From Candidatus Latescibacterota bacterium (GTDB lineage: Bacteria; Latescibacterota; UBA2968; GCA-2709665), in NCBI GenBank assembly GCA_965226795.1, contig CBDDDZ010000005.1:1216001-1280000 (forward strand): a DNA stretch of 64,000 nucleotides. The letters run 5' to 3'. Position 1 is the first letter of the stretch. Every line of letters begins with the position of its first letter. The notes under the pieces are model-generated. The model saw nothing but the letters and a program-made list of their open reading frames with translations, ran no database searches and was not told the origin of the DNA. Of this stretch, positions 1 to 9,719 are shown one piece after another. Both the position numbers and the translations under genes were made by a program.

Positions 1-330
1 GCGCTTCCGGACGGGCCCTTGCGGTTGGGAGGAGCGACGTCGATTCGAGGTTACCGCGAGGAGGCGTTTCTGGTGAATCGGGCGATCTGGATGAACCTGG
101 AGTGGCGGCTTCTACTGGCGCGCCGGTCACGGGCATTTCTGTTCGTCGATGCCGGCGTTCTGGGGGATGCCGCCACGGGTGAAAAGTACGGGTTGCTCTT
201 TCCGTTTGGCTTCGGTCTGGGGTTGCGTACCGTATCCCGGCTGGGGACCATCGGACTGGACTACGGTTTGACGAGAACCGATAATCCGGGTCGGGGAAAG
301 GTTCACATACGTATGGTAAATGCGTTTTAG
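1..330 (+). CDS. BamA/TamA-family outer-membrane beta-barrel protein, C-terminal part (5' end outside window)
   Basis: Open frame from the window edge with the (I)RGY loop motif, 'FVDAG' and 'GFGLGLR...LGTIGLDYG' strands and a terminal Phe, typical of Omp85 barrels. Confidence 0.8.
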   Translation, partial: ALPDGPLRLGGATSIRGYREEAFLVNRAIWMNLEWRLLLARRSRAFLFVDAGVLGDAATGEKYGLLFPFGFGLGLRTVSRLGTIGLDYGLTRTDNPGRGKVHIRMVNAF

Positions 331-343
331 CGTTCTGGCCCTG

Positions 344-1159
344 TCAAAAAGGGAACAAGACGGGGATATTCTCCGGGGTGAGTGCAGCGCCGTATTCGCA
401 GACCTGAAAGGCCTCCGCGTAGCGGATGCTGCGCCCATGGCTTTCGCCGTAACGTGTCACCAGAAGGTCGCGGTGGCGGTCCGCAACGGCTTTGAACTGT
501 TCCAGCCTGTGTTCCAGCCACTTTCGGCGTTCGCGGGGTGATTTCGGTACTTCGTGGGGTATGCCGGCATTATAGGGTAGCCACTCGTACATTTGTGAGG
601 TGTGGCAATGCAGCATGTCGAGCTTCCTGTCGACGACGGCGTCGATGTCGATTGCCACCTCCGGCTCAAAGGGTGCGGGAGACCTGAAGTTATCGCTCAT
701 ATAGGCGATCACCGGGTTGTAAGATAGCGCAGGTACGTCCGTACAGACGTTGGGTACGGTGACCATATAGGCGGCGTCCTGAACGAGGATGGCGGCGTAC
801 CGGTGGTCCGGATGGTAGTCGTTGGGCCGATGGGTGAGGATGAGGGTCGGCGTGTAGGAGCGGATCATACGGATGACGTTCTTGCGGTTCTCCAGCGTAG
901 GCTCCAGTTCTCCGTCGTGGTTGTCCATCACATGGTATTCGATGCCGGCCACCGCGCCGGCGGCTTCGGCTTCCGCCCGTCGCCTGCGCGCGAGCGCGAT
1001 GCCGCCCATCTCGTGATGGCCCGCGTCTCCGTTCGTCAGGGAAACGAAACGGACCTCGTGGCCGAGACCCGCGTAGTTGATTGCAAGTCCGCCGGCTTTG
1101 ATATCGCAGTCGTCGGGATGGGCCCCGAAGACGATGATTCTGAGTGGTCGATTCGGCAC
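344..1159 (-). CDS. PIG-L/LmbE family de-N-acetylase
   Basis: GAHPDD and HPDH metal motifs. Likely GTG start at 1159, just after the upstream gene stop at 1167. Confidence 0.9.
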   Translation of the reverse strand: MPNRPLRIIVFGAHPDDCDIKAGGLAINYAGLGHEVRFVSLTNGDAGHHEMGGIALARRRRAEAEAAGAVAGIEYHVMDNHDGELEPTLENRKNVIRMIRSYTPTLILTHRPNDYHPDHRYAAILVQDAAYMVTVPNVCTDVPALSYNPVIAYMSDNFRSPAPFEPEVAIDIDAVVDRKLDMLHCHTSQMYEWLPYNAGIPHEVPKSPRERRKWLEHRLEQFKAVADRHRDLLVTRYGESHGRSIRYAEAFQVCEYGAALTPENIPVLFPF

Positions 1160-1166
1160 GTTGTGC

Positions 1167-2882
1167 TCAGTTCGGATTCGGGTGGTAAATGGCCTCGATC
1201 GAAATTTCCGTCCGGTCTCCGGGAATGGACACGAGGCGGACATGTTCACGGTATCGGACATCCGTATCCGGACGCGCGGCGTCGCCATCCACCAGGATCC
1301 TGCCGACTGGCGCGCCGGCGAATTGCTGAGGAATCAGGATGCGTAGGTCGGGGTGAGGCGAACGGCCCTGAAGGTTCAGGCGCAGTACTGAACCGTTCCA
1401 GTCCAGGTCGTTGAAAAACCAGGTGTCGCGTGCGCTCCAGAAGGCCGCCCACTGGTCGAAGGACCAGATTGGCAGGCCTTTTTTGTTTGCCTGAAGAAGC
1501 AGTTCCCTGCCCTGTTCTTCCGAAAACCTGACCCAGTTTCCCGGGTGGATACAGACGCCGTATGGTGTGTGGAATCGGGTCGTGATATCGGTGAAGATGC
1601 GCTCGAGCATAACCGAGAATACAGTTGGTGACAGCTTGTAGGAGTAATCCTGCGGGCCGAACATGCCGTCGTCGATGGCGTGGGTGTGCTGCTGATAGAC
1701 GTTTACAAGACGACCATCCGGGTGGCAGAAGCGCATGGGAAGTGCCGCGCCGAAGGACGCATAGGGCGCGCCCTCCCTGTCTCTCATATAGGTTCCCGAA
1801 AAGTAGTTGCCGTCCATCAGTACACCCAGTTTTTCCATGACGTCCACTAGATCCAGGTAGCCGGCCCACGCGGTGCAGTGATTGCGCAAGGTACGTGCGG
1901 GAATTCGGAACATCTCCTCAAACAGGCGGATCTGACGCTCAAATTCCGCGACGCGTTCCTGTACCGGACGGCCATCCAGCGGGCGAAGGTTCGGGTGCGG
2001 TCCGATATCGTGGGTTTTGGCATATCTCGCAACGTCCTCGGCCGTGGACTTGGTGTGGGTGGGGATGATGTACAGGCTCATGCGTCCGCCCGCTCCGGTG
2101 ACGCCGTCGAATTCATCCTCGTTCGACGCCACGTCGGCATAATCCTCGTCTCCGGAGTAGAGCAGGATGCCTCGGGCGGTGTGTGGCAGGTGGGACAGAA
2201 AGGGTACCGGCACGGGCAGGTAACGGCGGGTCAGGTCCACGAGCAGCCGGGAAAGCAAGTCGGCATGAGGGATCCAACCGGCGTCGTGAGGGCCCACGCG
2301 GGCGGCCATGTGCGATGGCCGGGCGCAGCCGTCGCCGTCGGGGATGCATTCGGCAAGGTCGGGATCGCCCTGGCGCAGCAATAGGACGCAGCGGGGCAGG
2401 TCAAAGGCGAAGGCAACGATTCTCCCACCGCCGAGGCGGGTTTCCGAAATGCCCACGGTTTCGCCTCCGTAGCGCCCCGGGTGGGACAGAAAGGCCAGCG
2501 GTTTCGCGGTTTCCGCGTGTTCCCACGCCTGCACGTCCCCCACGACCGGAACGCGTTCGCCTGCCAGGCCGCCGGTGGGATACGCGGTGTTTCGCAGACG
2601 TAGCGGCGGCTTTTTCGTGCCCCGGACCGTCAATCCGGCCGCGGCGGCAAGCGTCTTTCCTGGAAGGAAGCAGAGGACGGTGCCACCCCGGCGGGCGTAG
2701 TCCGGGAGCGGGGCTTCGTCATGATATGCCGGACAGACGAGCACCGGGATATCGGCCGGTTCCAGGGTGGGTACCCGGTCGTGGGAAATGGCTCGAAAAA
2801 GCGGCAAACCCCAGGTCTTGAAAATCTCGGCGATGTACGCCGAAAGGTTGGACGGGTCTGTCAGAATACCGATCTGCATCAT
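1167..2882 (-). CDS. Hypothetical protein: N-terminal GATase-like region plus polysaccharide-deacetylase-like barrel
   Basis: Long ORF with likely start MMQIG at 2882; the further 5' extension runs through a repeat. 'SGDED', 'HDIGPHP', 'LRNHCTAW' and 'CIHP' resemble carbohydrate-esterase barrel motifs. Confidence 0.55.
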   Translation of the reverse strand: MMQIGILTDPSNLSAYIAEIFKTWGLPLFRAISHDRVPTLEPADIPVLVCPAYHDEAPLPDYARRGGTVLCFLPGKTLAAAAGLTVRGTKKPPLRLRNTAYPTGGLAGERVPVVGDVQAWEHAETAKPLAFLSHPGRYGGETVGISETRLGGGRIVAFAFDLPRCVLLLRQGDPDLAECIPDGDGCARPSHMAARVGPHDAGWIPHADLLSRLLVDLTRRYLPVPVPFLSHLPHTARGILLYSGDEDYADVASNEDEFDGVTGAGGRMSLYIIPTHTKSTAEDVARYAKTHDIGPHPNLRPLDGRPVQERVAEFERQIRLFEEMFRIPARTLRNHCTAWAGYLDLVDVMEKLGVLMDGNYFSGTYMRDREGAPYASFGAALPMRFCHPDGRLVNVYQQHTHAIDDGMFGPQDYSYKLSPTVFSVMLERIFTDITTRFHTPYGVCIHPGNWVRFSEEQGRELLLQANKKGLPIWSFDQWAAFWSARDTWFFNDLDWNGSVLRLNLQGRSPHPDLRILIPQQFAGAPVGRILVDGDAARPDTDVRYREHVRLVSIPGDRTEISIEAIYHPNPN

Positions 2883-2890
2883 CCGGCCCC

Positions 2891-3058
2891 TTATCAGTCC
2901 ATTGAAAAAGTTGCTCTGCAGGCGAGGCCGAGCCATTGTGACCGAAGACGAGGCGCACGACCGAGTCGAATCGGGGGATTCGGGGAGGGAGCGCAACGCA
3001 GTAATTCGGCCACAAGAGCTGGCCGCAGCCCGGATGGACTTTTTCAACGGGCTGTTAG
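2891..3058. mobile_element. MITE-like element (~168 bp) with imperfect terminal inverted repeats
   Basis: Left end TTATCAGTCCATTGAAAAAGT vs reverse complement of right end CTAACAGCCCGTTGAAAAAGT (17/21). No credible coding capacity; sits between two co-oriented genes. Confidence 0.6.
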
Positions 3059-4217
3059 GGCATAACGCCATTGGGCCTGGCGTCTGTGGGACGGAAATCG
3101 GGCACCTTCATGGCTTGGGTCCCCTCGTCGATGGAATCCGCCGCGAGTATGGCCGGCGCGGCGGTCTCGATTGCCCGGTAGACGTCGAATTCCAACGCCT
3201 TGCCCTCGCGGACGGCGTCCCGGAAGGTGGCGTGCACGTAATAGTCGGCGTCGCCGTGGCCGCTCGCCCGCGCTTCGGTCGGCGCGTCGGTACGCTCAAA
3301 CCGCCAGTCGACCTCGGCCATGTCGTGCATCTGGTCATCGGCCAGCCACATGAGCGGGCGCCCCCTTTGCGAGCGTTTCCATTCCACGCTCCCCCTCGTA
3401 CCCAGCACCTGGTACCAATGGTGACCCCGGCTGCTGGGAATTTTCTGTGTGAACCCGGTAGCCATCCTTAGAATTGTATCCTTTTCGGTTTTCATAAGGG
3501 CCACCTGGATGTCGGGTTGGCCGATTTCGGGGTGGGAGTAACTGGGCCTGCCTGTGCTCATGGCCGTCACTTCCACCACCCGGTCGTCCAGTACCCTGAG
3601 CATGGGGCTGAGTTCGTGCGGAAGATAGTGGATGGGCGGCATTTCGTGAAGCCAGGTAGGTCTGGCTTCGGGGTGCATTCCCAGTTGTTCGAGCGGGTAG
3701 AAACTACCTGTGTCCGGATCCTGAAAGAACTGCCGCGTGCCGTAGTAGCCGATGTACTGCCCTTCGCAAAACGTTACTTTGCCAAGCCGGCCCTGCGCCA
3801 CCAGGTCTCGCCATGTGTCCACGAAACCCCAATACCTCGTTTGCTCGGCCAGCTGGTAGACAAGGCCGGTGCGTTCTACCTGGGTAACGATTCGCCAGCA
3901 GTCTTCCAGGGTGTGGGCGGCGGGCACCTCGGAATTAACGTGTGTTTGCCGGCTTCCAGGGCCCTGGCGGCCAGTTCGCCCTGTTCCCTGCAACGGACGC
4001 ACAGGGCGATGGCGTCCACATTGCCGTCGGTCAGAATATCTTCATACGCCGCATAGGCCTTGGCCGGATTCTCAAGCGCGGCGAGCGCCCGGTCGTGCAG
4101 CGCGGCGATGGGGTCGCATACGGCGGTGATGCGGTAACCGCCGAGGCTTTGCAGCAGACGGAGCCAGTGCAGACCCCTGTGCCCGAGGCCCACTAGGCCG
4201 ATGCGAATGTCATCCAT
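3055..4217 (-). CDS. Gfo/Idh/MocA family oxidoreductase, frameshifted near 3940
   Basis: N-terminal ORF has GLVGLGHRG Rossmann motif to 'ALEAGKH'; second ORF continues 'HVNSEVPAA'. An extra AC in an ACACAC run breaks the frame. Confidence 0.85.
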
Positions 4218-4362
4218 GGTAAACCTCTGAAAGTTGACGCGAAGATCGCAGGTTCAGGGTGAGCATTCAACCGATGCGGGGGAATCCATACGAATATACG
4301 GATCTTCCATTCGCGCGCAAGCGTATCTTCGCCGATACATCTGCAGCCTGCGGACAGCGAAC

Positions 4363-5589
4363 CTAATCGTTACGCCGTCCGGGAACGGGATCGGCGGCTC
4401 GGTGAAAGTAGTACAGGCCGATACCGCAGGCAACCGCCCCCAGGGCGAAGATAGCGCCGATAGCGAAAGGTAGCGCGGGGCCCCAGTCGATGAGTTTACC
4501 GCCGCCCAGGCTGCCGGAGAGCATGCCCGCGCTCCATGCCACGTGCGCGCTGCCGACCACCCGTCCCTCTTCGCCCCCGCCCGCGGTCAACCGGAGGATG
4601 CCGGGCATGGTGGTGGAAAGGGACCAGGCGAAAACGGAAGCCATAATCCCGAAGGTGTACAGGCCGGTAAGCGTTTGAGCCGAAAACGTCAGACCCACAG
4701 CGCTGACGGCGACAAGAGAAGATGAGATGAACACGGGTTTCCACCGGCCGATGCGATCGACCAGCCGGCCTGTGAGCAGCTGCGAGCCACAAGCGGCAAC
4801 CAGGCTGATGGCGCTGTACGTGGTGACGGACGTGTTGGTTCCGGAGATGCGAAAGATGAGCAGCGGTATAAGCAGACTCACCGCGCCCCAATAGCTGGTG
4901 GGGAGGTACCGAATGGCCAGCAGCAGGCGGACTTCCCGGCGACGGCACAGGCTGATGTATCCGGCGAGAGACCGCGTGGCCGACCTGTCGGAGTTTGCGT
5001 GGCGTGGAAGGCTGGGCAGGATAAAGAGGGTCAAAACGACGATAACCGCGGCGGTGGCGCAGGCCAGATGTCCGAGGCGTTCGTATCCCAGGGTGTCGGC
5101 TATGGGTCCGGCCAGGAGGTTGCCCGCGGCGCTGCCGAGCGTACTGCTCAGAAAATATCCCGCCGAGGCCATGCCCATGACGCCTGAGGGAGCGGCCCCC
5201 AGCAGGTAGCTCTGCCCGCCCGTGCTGCTGAATCCGAAGGTCATTCCAAGGCCGATGGATAGGGCCGACATGAGATAGGGGTCACCCGTGAGAAACATGG
5301 CGCCCGCCAGCAGCGGACCGAAGTGGCCCAGAATCAACACACGCTTGATGCCGAAGGCATCACAAAGCATGCCGGCGGGCACGGAACACAAACCTCCCAG
5401 CAGGAAGAAGAGCCCGCGCAGGCCGGCGGTAAAGAGAGGCGACCGGGAAAGGCCCGCTTCGACGTAGGCCGGAAGGAGGGACGAATAAAGGGGGGAGGAA
5501 ACAAAACTGGCAAAGAAGGATACGACGAGAAGGGCGACGAAGCGGCGGTTCAGCAACTCCTTGAGGCCTGCGGAGGACGGATCGGGCAT
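4363..5589 (-). CDS. MFS transporter
   Basis: About 12 hydrophobic segments; motif A-like 'GMLCDAFGIKR' and 'GRLVDRIGRWK'. Confidence 0.9.
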   Translation of the reverse strand: MPDPSSAGLKELLNRRFVALLVVSFFASFVSSPLYSSLLPAYVEAGLSRSPLFTAGLRGLFFLLGGLCSVPAGMLCDAFGIKRVLILGHFGPLLAGAMFLTGDPYLMSALSIGLGMTFGFSSTGGQSYLLGAAPSGVMGMASAGYFLSSTLGSAAGNLLAGPIADTLGYERLGHLACATAAVIVVLTLFILPSLPRHANSDRSATRSLAGYISLCRRREVRLLLAIRYLPTSYWGAVSLLIPLLIFRISGTNTSVTTYSAISLVAACGSQLLTGRLVDRIGRWKPVFISSSLVAVSAVGLTFSAQTLTGLYTFGIMASVFAWSLSTTMPGILRLTAGGGEEGRVVGSAHVAWSAGMLSGSLGGGKLIDWGPALPFAIGAIFALGAVACGIGLYYFHRAADPVPGRRND

Positions 5590-5826
5590 TGTTGAACCGG
5601 GTTTTGGCGATTCGCATTCGAAAACGCTGGACATCGGATTACAGCGAAAACATATTAGGGTGTCATATGGGGATCCCGCTTATTATGGACGATAGTCACC
5701 GCGATGTCAACCGAAAAGGGAATTCGGATACCGGATTTCTACCGCCCGGGTTCCCCGATGATGACGGTCGTGTCGGGTAGAAACACGCCCGGGAATTCGG
5801 CTGATGACGATGCAAAGGGGTCTGGC

Positions 5827-6357
5827 ATGGGGAAAGCAGGTAAAAAGGTGATACCGGGCTGGACCGGGAGGTACTATGAGGATTTCGAGGTGGGTGAAGT
5901 CTACCGGAGCCGGTTCGGGCGGACGGTTACCGCGGCGGACAATCAGCTATTCACTCACCTGACCCTGAATACCAATCCGCTTCACTTTGACGAGGAGTAT
6001 GCCCGGCGGACGCGGTGGGGAAAGATTCTGGTGAACAGCACCTTTACACTCGCGCTGATCGTGGGAATGAGCGTCCATGACGTGAGCGAGCAGGCGATGG
6101 CGAACCTGGGTTGGAGCGAGATACGGCTTCCGAACCCGGTGTTTGTGGGAGATACACTTTATTGCGAGACAGAGGTGCTGGCTATGCGGGAGTCGAAGTC
6201 GTTCCAGGAAGCGGGCATCGTAAGGGTGCGGTCGCGGGGAGTGAATCAGGACGGTCGTGTCGTCATCGATTTGACTCGCAGCGTGATGATCTATAAGAAG
6301 GCGCACGCGCCGCCGGGAAACGCCTTTCCCGAGATTCACGAGGAGAAAGACGGGTGA
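5827..6357 (+). CDS. MaoC family (R)-enoyl-CoA hydratase/dehydratase
   Basis: 'GRYYEDFEVG', 'RTVTAADN..FTHLTLNTNPLHFD' and 'PVFVGDTLY' hot-dog hydratase motifs. Confidence 0.9.
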   Translation: MGKAGKKVIPGWTGRYYEDFEVGEVYRSRFGRTVTAADNQLFTHLTLNTNPLHFDEEYARRTRWGKILVNSTFTLALIVGMSVHDVSEQAMANLGWSEIRLPNPVFVGDTLYCETEVLAMRESKSFQEAGIVRVRSRGVNQDGRVVIDLTRSVMIYKKAHAPPGNAFPEIHEEKDG

Positions 6358-7214
6358 AGGCGATGCGGTCCTGGCTGTTTGTGCCGGGGCACCGTCAGCC
6401 GATGATCGACAAGGCTCCGGGGCTGCCGGCGGATGTCCTGATATTCGATCTGGAGGACGGCGTCCCGGAGGCCGAGAAGGACGTTGCGCGCGAGCGGGTG
6501 GCTGCCGCACTCGGCAGAACGCCTGGCGGTCCACCGCGATTCGTGAGAGTCCACGGGGGCGGATCCTCCCATCTGGACAACGATCTGCGGACGGTGGTGC
6601 GGGAAGGGTTACAGGGACTCGTGTTGCCCAAAGTGCAGGGTCCGGAGGACGTGCTTCAGATGCACCGGTGGCTGGAGGGACACGAGGCGAAGGCGGGGAT
6701 TCCATCCGGCGGCGTCAGGCTTCTGGCAACCATTGAGAGCGCCCGGGGCCTGGTCCAGGCCCCGGCGATCGCTTCCGCCACACCCAGGCTCGTGGGGATC
6801 ATGTTCGGCGCCGAGGATTTCGCGCTGGATCTGGGCATCTTTTCGCAACCGGGAGAGGGTTTGTTCAACTACGCGCGGTCGGCGCTGGCGGTGGCTGCGG
6901 CAAGCGGGCAAATCCGGGCAATCGACAAGGTATTTACGGACATCCGCGATCCCGACGGACTCGTCAGGGAGGCGCGTCAGGCGCGGGACCTCGGGCTTTC
7001 CGGAAAAGCCGTGATCCATCCGGGACAGGTCGGCGCGGTGAATGATATCTTCAGCCCCACGGAGGTCGAGGTGGTGCGCGCCCGGCGGATCGTTTCGGCT
7101 TTCGAACACCGATCGGACGAGGGCGCGGCGACCGTGGACGGCCGGATGGTGGACAGGCCGGTGTTGGAACAGGCCCGGCGGATCCTGGAACGCCTCAAGG
7201 ACGAACGCGCATAA
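6354..7214 (+). CDS. CitE/malyl-CoA lyase family CoA-ester lyase
   Basis: 'RSWLFVPG', 'FDLEDGV', 'IESARG', 'FGAEDF', 'GKAVIHPGQV', 'DGRMVDRP'. GTGA overlap with the MaoC gene. Confidence 0.9.
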   Translation: MKAMRSWLFVPGHRQPMIDKAPGLPADVLIFDLEDGVPEAEKDVARERVAAALGRTPGGPPRFVRVHGGGSSHLDNDLRTVVREGLQGLVLPKVQGPEDVLQMHRWLEGHEAKAGIPSGGVRLLATIESARGLVQAPAIASATPRLVGIMFGAEDFALDLGIFSQPGEGLFNYARSALAVAAASGQIRAIDKVFTDIRDPDGLVREARQARDLGLSGKAVIHPGQVGAVNDIFSPTEVEVVRARRIVSAFEHRSDEGAATVDGRMVDRPVLEQARRILERLKDERA

Positions 7215-7362
7215 AGCGCGACCGCCGGCAGACAGATCGCCTGGAGCCCGACTCTCGCGCGTGCTCCGAAACGAGGACGAGACCGAACGACCCGTGGCGA
7301 AGGCACGAACGGCGCGGGGTGTGTCTCCTCGGGCGGTTCGTTGCGAAGAACCGGAGGATCCC

Positions 7363-8568
7363 TTGCAGGATCAACGCCAGCACCCGCCCCTGAGCGGAAT
7401 AAGGATTGTCTCGGTGGAGCAGTTCGGGGCGGGCCCGTGGGCAACGATGATGCTGGCGGACCTGGGGGCGGAAATTATCAAGGTTGAGAACCCCGAAACC
7501 CGCGGCGATGTCGCGCGTTATGTGCCACCGTATACCGCTGAACAGGATAGCGTGTATTTCCAGAGTTTCAACCGAAACAAGAAGAGTATGACGCTGAATC
7601 TGAAGCATCCGGGAGCCAGGGAGGTGCTGCGTCGGCTGGTGATGATTTCGGATGGGGTGTTCAACAACCTGCGCGGAGATCTTCCCGCCCGGCTGGGACT
7701 CGACTATCCGGCGCTGAGTGAGGTCAAGTCTTCGATTGTATGCTGTTCGCTTTCCGCGTTCGGACGGGATGGGTCTCGAGCGGGCGAGCCAGGCTACGAC
7801 TATCTGATGCAGGGATATGCCGGCTGGATGAGTCTTACAGGCGAGCCCGACGGTCCGCCGACGAAAACAGGTCTTTCACTCGTGGACCTCGGCGCGGGCG
7901 CAATGGCGTCTCTGGGCATGGTCAGCGCGATCTTACGCGCCAGAAAGACGGGCCTGGGGTGCGACGTGGACGTGAATCTGTTCGATACGGCGCTGGCGCA
8001 ACTCGGATATGTGGCGGCGTGGCACCTGACGAAGGGTTATCAGCCGCAGAGGATGCCGGACTCTTCTCATCCGTCGCAGATTCCGTCCCAGGTGGTGCCG
8101 ACCAGGGATGGATGGCTCGTCGTGATGTGCGCAAAGGAGAAGTTCTTTCGTAACCTGGTACGTGTGCTGGGGGCGCCGGGTCTGGCGGAAGACGTGCGAT
8201 TCTCCGGTTTTGAGGATCGCCTGGAGAATCGCGACATTCTGATTCCGATCCTTAAGGATCTGTTTCGTAAGAAAACAACCGCCGATTGGCTGGGGCTGCT
8301 GAGAGGCAAGGTGCCCTGCGCCCCGGTGAATACGGTGGCGGAGGCCTTTGCCGACCCGCACGTGGTTGAGAACAATATGATACTGGATTTGCCGCATCCG
8401 GAGTTCGGTGCCGTCCGGGTTGTGGCGAGTCCCATCAAGGTCGGCGACGCATCGGTTGAACCTCGGCGCGGTCCCTCGCTGGGAGAACACAATGAGCCGA
8501 TTCTAGGGGACTATCTCGGGTTATCAACCTCTGAGATTGAGAAACTCCGCAATGACGGCGCCATTTGA
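7363..8568 (+). CDS. CaiB/BaiF family III CoA-transferase
   Basis: 'PLSGIRIV', 'AGPWATMMLADLGAEIIKVE', 'NRNKKS', 'GYD' catalytic Asp. TTG start after GGAGG. Confidence 0.92.
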   Translation: MQDQRQHPPLSGIRIVSVEQFGAGPWATMMLADLGAEIIKVENPETRGDVARYVPPYTAEQDSVYFQSFNRNKKSMTLNLKHPGAREVLRRLVMISDGVFNNLRGDLPARLGLDYPALSEVKSSIVCCSLSAFGRDGSRAGEPGYDYLMQGYAGWMSLTGEPDGPPTKTGLSLVDLGAGAMASLGMVSAILRARKTGLGCDVDVNLFDTALAQLGYVAAWHLTKGYQPQRMPDSSHPSQIPSQVVPTRDGWLVVMCAKEKFFRNLVRVLGAPGLAEDVRFSGFEDRLENRDILIPILKDLFRKKTTADWLGLLRGKVPCAPVNTVAEAFADPHVVENNMILDLPHPEFGAVRVVASPIKVGDASVEPRRGPSLGEHNEPILGDYLGLSTSEIEKLRNDGAI

Positions 8569-8642
8569 ATGACCGGGTCAAGGATGACCACCTGCGTGGA
8601 CCCGTGGGCTGAAGGTTCCGCCACCACGACAAAGGAGGCCCG

Positions 8643-9488
8643 ATGGACGAAATATTGAGGCTGCCCGCGCACTATTACCGTCAACACGATGCGGTTCCGG
8701 GTGCGGATATTCCGGGACGCGGTTATGCCGGTTGGACAACGCGGATGCTGGACGTGCCGCTCGAACGAACGGCGCTGGTCAGCATGCACGCGTGGAATCC
8801 CGGTCTGGTAAACGAAATCCCACCCGGGCCGGGGTCGCCTTACGACGGCTGGTTCCGCATGGTGGAGTATCTCCCGAGGGCGATGAGGATTTCACGGGAG
8901 GTGTTTCCGCCGCTTCTTCGGGCTGCGAGGAAGGCCGGACTGCCTGTGATTCACGTCGCTTCGAGCGAAAGTTATACGGCGTCATACGACGAATACCAGC
9001 GCATCAAGACGATGGCCGGGCAGGAGCCGAATGCGGCGCCAGGCGCGGTGGACGACGCGTTGAAGAAACAGTGGCAGGCGGATCGGGGCAGGCAGATGAC
9101 CGGCGCGCACAATCAGCCGGATATCGCGGCCGGGTTCAAGCACATCGATTTTGCGCCGCAGGCGATTCCGGAAGCCGACGAGGCCGTGGTGATCAACTTC
9201 CACCAGCTCAACGCGTTCTGCCGGGAGCGGGAAATCTGGCACCTGATCTATATCGGGTTCGCCATCAACTGGTGCCTTTTTGCCAGTCCGGGAGGCATGA
9301 TCGATATGGGACGGATGGGGTACGTGTGTTCCACCATCCGGCAGGCGACGACGGCGGTGGAAAACCGGGAGAGCTGCACGGATGAACTGGCCAAGGAAAT
9401 TGCGCTTTGGCGGGTGGCATTGATGTTCGGTTACGTGTTTGACGTGGATCCGGTGATAGACGCCCTCGGTCAATTGTCGGATGGATAG
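8643..9488 (+). CDS. Isochorismatase-like cysteine hydrolase (divergent)
   Basis: 'ERTALVSMHAWN', 'ARKAGLPVIH', 'LIYIGFAINWCL'. AAGGAGG RBS. Confidence 0.6.
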   Translation: MDEILRLPAHYYRQHDAVPGADIPGRGYAGWTTRMLDVPLERTALVSMHAWNPGLVNEIPPGPGSPYDGWFRMVEYLPRAMRISREVFPPLLRAARKAGLPVIHVASSESYTASYDEYQRIKTMAGQEPNAAPGAVDDALKKQWQADRGRQMTGAHNQPDIAAGFKHIDFAPQAIPEADEAVVINFHQLNAFCREREIWHLIYIGFAINWCLFASPGGMIDMGRMGYVCSTIRQATTAVENRESCTDELAKEIALWRVALMFGYVFDVDPVIDALGQLSDG

Positions 9489-9525
9489 TTGTGAGTGCGT
9501 GGATCGAAACCGGGTGCCACGCGTT

Positions 9526-9714
9526 TTAAATGGCCGCATTCAGGACGATGCCCCCGATTTCCACGTTGCCAGTCAGTATCGGCTCGAACGGATCGGAAAC
9601 ATCGTACTGATGCAATTCACCCGGGCCCCAGCCGGAAACGTACTGAAACCCATCGCCCAGCGAGAGGTCGATATCGGCGACCATGGGCGGTACGGCTTCG
9701 AACGCCTTCAGCAC
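9526..9714 (-). pseudogene. Internal fragment of selenium-binding protein SBP56/methanethiol oxidase family
   Basis: 'VPPMVADIDLSLGDGFQYVSGWGPGELHQYDVSDPFEPILTGNVEIGGIV' resembles the conserved SBP56 segment (PPLVTDIxLSLDDRFLYVSCWGxGELRQYDVSDP). Only ~60 aa remain. Confidence 0.7.
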
Positions 9715-9719
9715 CGTCG

